Origin: a virus
Lineage: Duplodnaviria; Heunggongvirae; Uroviricota; Caudoviricetes
Length of the DNA stretch: 40,208 nt
Reading direction: 5' to 3' (one strand)
Virus record (IMG/VR): IMGVR_UViG_2671180254_000014
Shown here piece after piece: positions 38,518 to 40,208 of this stretch. Numbering within the stretch: the first letter of the stretch is position 1; each line of letters starts with the position of its first letter. Position numbers and translations under genes: made by a program. The notes under the pieces were generated by a model. The model was not told the origin of the DNA, did not search any database, and saw nothing but the letters and a program-made list of their open reading frames with translations.

Positions 38518-38644
38518 AAAGACGGTAAGTATCGCTTTCAGTCTTATGAATATCGCAATCGGCGAATACCTCTGGTCGTAGAGTTTCAGGATAAAGAGGG
38601 AGATCTAACATTATCGGGTTATTTTTCTCTCTTCGCCTACAGGA

Positions 38645-40208
38645 GTGCGCATGTGGGATGTCATTGATTTATCGCGCTGGCAGTTTGCTCTGACCGCGCT
38701 GTATCACTTTTTATTTGTACCCCTTACCCTGGGGCTGATTTTTTTGCTGGCTATCATGGAAACCATTTACGTGGTCACCGGCAAAACAATCTACCGCGAT
38801 ATGACGCGCTTCTGGGGTAAGCTCTTCGGTATCAACTTTGCTCTTGGCGTGGCTACCGGCCTGACCATGGAGTTTCAGTTTGGTACTAACTGGTCATTCT
38901 ATTCCAACTATGTGGGCGATATTTTTGGCGCACCGCTGGCGATGGAAGCATTAATGGCCTTCTTCCTCGAATCCACCTTTGTCGGGCTTTTCTTCTTCGG
39001 CTGGCAGCGGCTGAATAAATACCAGCACCTGCTGGTGACGTGGCTGGTGGCGTTCGGTTCAAATCTCTCTGCATTGTGGATATTGAATGCCAACGGTTGG
39101 ATGCAATACCCGACCGGTGCGCATTTTGATATCGACACCCTACGTATGGAGATGNNNNNNNNNNNNNNNNNNNNNNNNNNNNNNNNNNNNNNNNNNNNNN
39201 NNNNNNNNNNNNNNNNNNNNNNNNNNNNNNNNNNNNNNNNNNNNNNNNNNNNNNNNNNNNNNNNNNNNNNNNNNNNNNNNNNNNNNNNNNNNNNNNNNNN
39301 NNNNNNNNNNNNNNNNNNNNNNNNNNNNNNNNNNNNNNNNNNNNNNNNNNNNNNNNNNNNNNNNNNNNNNNNNNNNNNNNNNNNNNNNNNNNNNNNNNNN
39401 NNNNNNNNNNNNNNNNNNNNTGGCGGCGATGGAAGGGGAGTGGCAAACGGAACCTGCTCCTGCACCGTTCCATGTGGTTGCCTGGCCGGAACAGGATCAA
39501 GAGCGTAACGCCTTTGCCATCAAAATTCCCGCGCTGTTAGGGATCCTCGCCACTCACTCATTAGATAAAACCGTGCCGGGTCTGAAAAATTTGATGGCTG
39601 AAACCTACCCACGCTTGCAACGCGGACGTATGGCCTGGCTGTTAATGCAGGAAATATCGCAAGGCAATCGTGAGCCGCATGTGTTGCAGGCATTCCGGGA
39701 ACTGGAAGGTGACCTGGGCTACGGCATGTTGCTCTCCCGCTATGCGCCGGATATGAATCATGTCACAGCCGCACAGTACCAGGCGGCGATGCGTGGCGCG
39801 ATACCTCAGGTTGCGCCGGTATTCTGGAGTTTCCGCATCATGGTGGGCTGTGGTTCCCTGCCGCTACTGGTGATGCTGATTGCGCTTGTCCAGACGCTGC
39901 GTGGCAAAATCGACCAGCATCGCTGGGTGCTGAAAATGGCGCTCTGGAGTTTGCCGTTGCCGTGGATTGCGATTGAAGCCGGGTGGTTTATGACCGAGTT
40001 TGGTCGTCAGCCGTGGGCGATACAGGACATCTTACCGACATACTCCGCGCACTCCGCTTTAACCACAGGACAACTGGCTTTCTCACTGATCATGATCGTA
40101 GGGCTTTACACCCTGTTCTTAATCGCCGAAGTCTACCTGATGCAGAAATATGCCCGTCTGGGGCCGAGCGCGATGCAGAGTGAACAACCGACGCAGCAAC
40201 AGGGGTAA
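38645..40208 (+). CDS. appC: cytochrome bd-II ubiquinol oxidase subunit I (AppC/CbdA), interrupted by N-run
   Basis: N-terminus [28 protein letters not shown]...[22 protein letters not shown] is cytochrome bd subunit I, AppC paralog rather than CydA; N-run 39155-39420; stop at 40206-40208. Confidence 0.85.

Noticed and set aside
1-40208. CRISPR arrays, rRNA genes, integrase or reverse transcriptase
   Set aside because: No regularly spaced direct repeats, rRNA-like sequence, tyrosine integrase or RT-like ORF was seen; mobility here is by the Mu-type transposase.

Overview
Almost the whole window (1 to ~38,332) is a Mu-like transposable prophage read left to right; its left end (repressor, attL) lies upstream of the window. 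Gene order follows Mu: ner, transposase A, ATPase B, a ~5 kb early region of small translationally coupled unknown ORFs containing Gam, then GemA, a Mor/C-family activator, a lysis cassette, terminase/portal/head genes, tail and baseplate genes, an invertase-controlled tail-fibre segment with Gin, and com-mom. The right end sits inside what appears to be the 3' end of host hyaF, followed by host appC (cytochrome bd-II subunit I), so the host is E. coli-like. The most interesting part is a ~3.4 kb cargo island between gin and com-mom, absent from Mu, encoding a 684-aa SASA/SGNH-type carbohydrate esterase, two small ORFs and an AT-rich reverse-strand ORF. Four N-runs (8740-9003, 31666-31927, 33281-33331, 39155-39420) interrupt gemA, the tail-fibre gene, the invertase start and appC. 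All calls rest on reading the six-frame translations and the DNA by eye and on recalled family features; no searches were run, and the hyaF call in particular rests on a recalled sequence. Coordinates I derived by hand may be off by a base or two.
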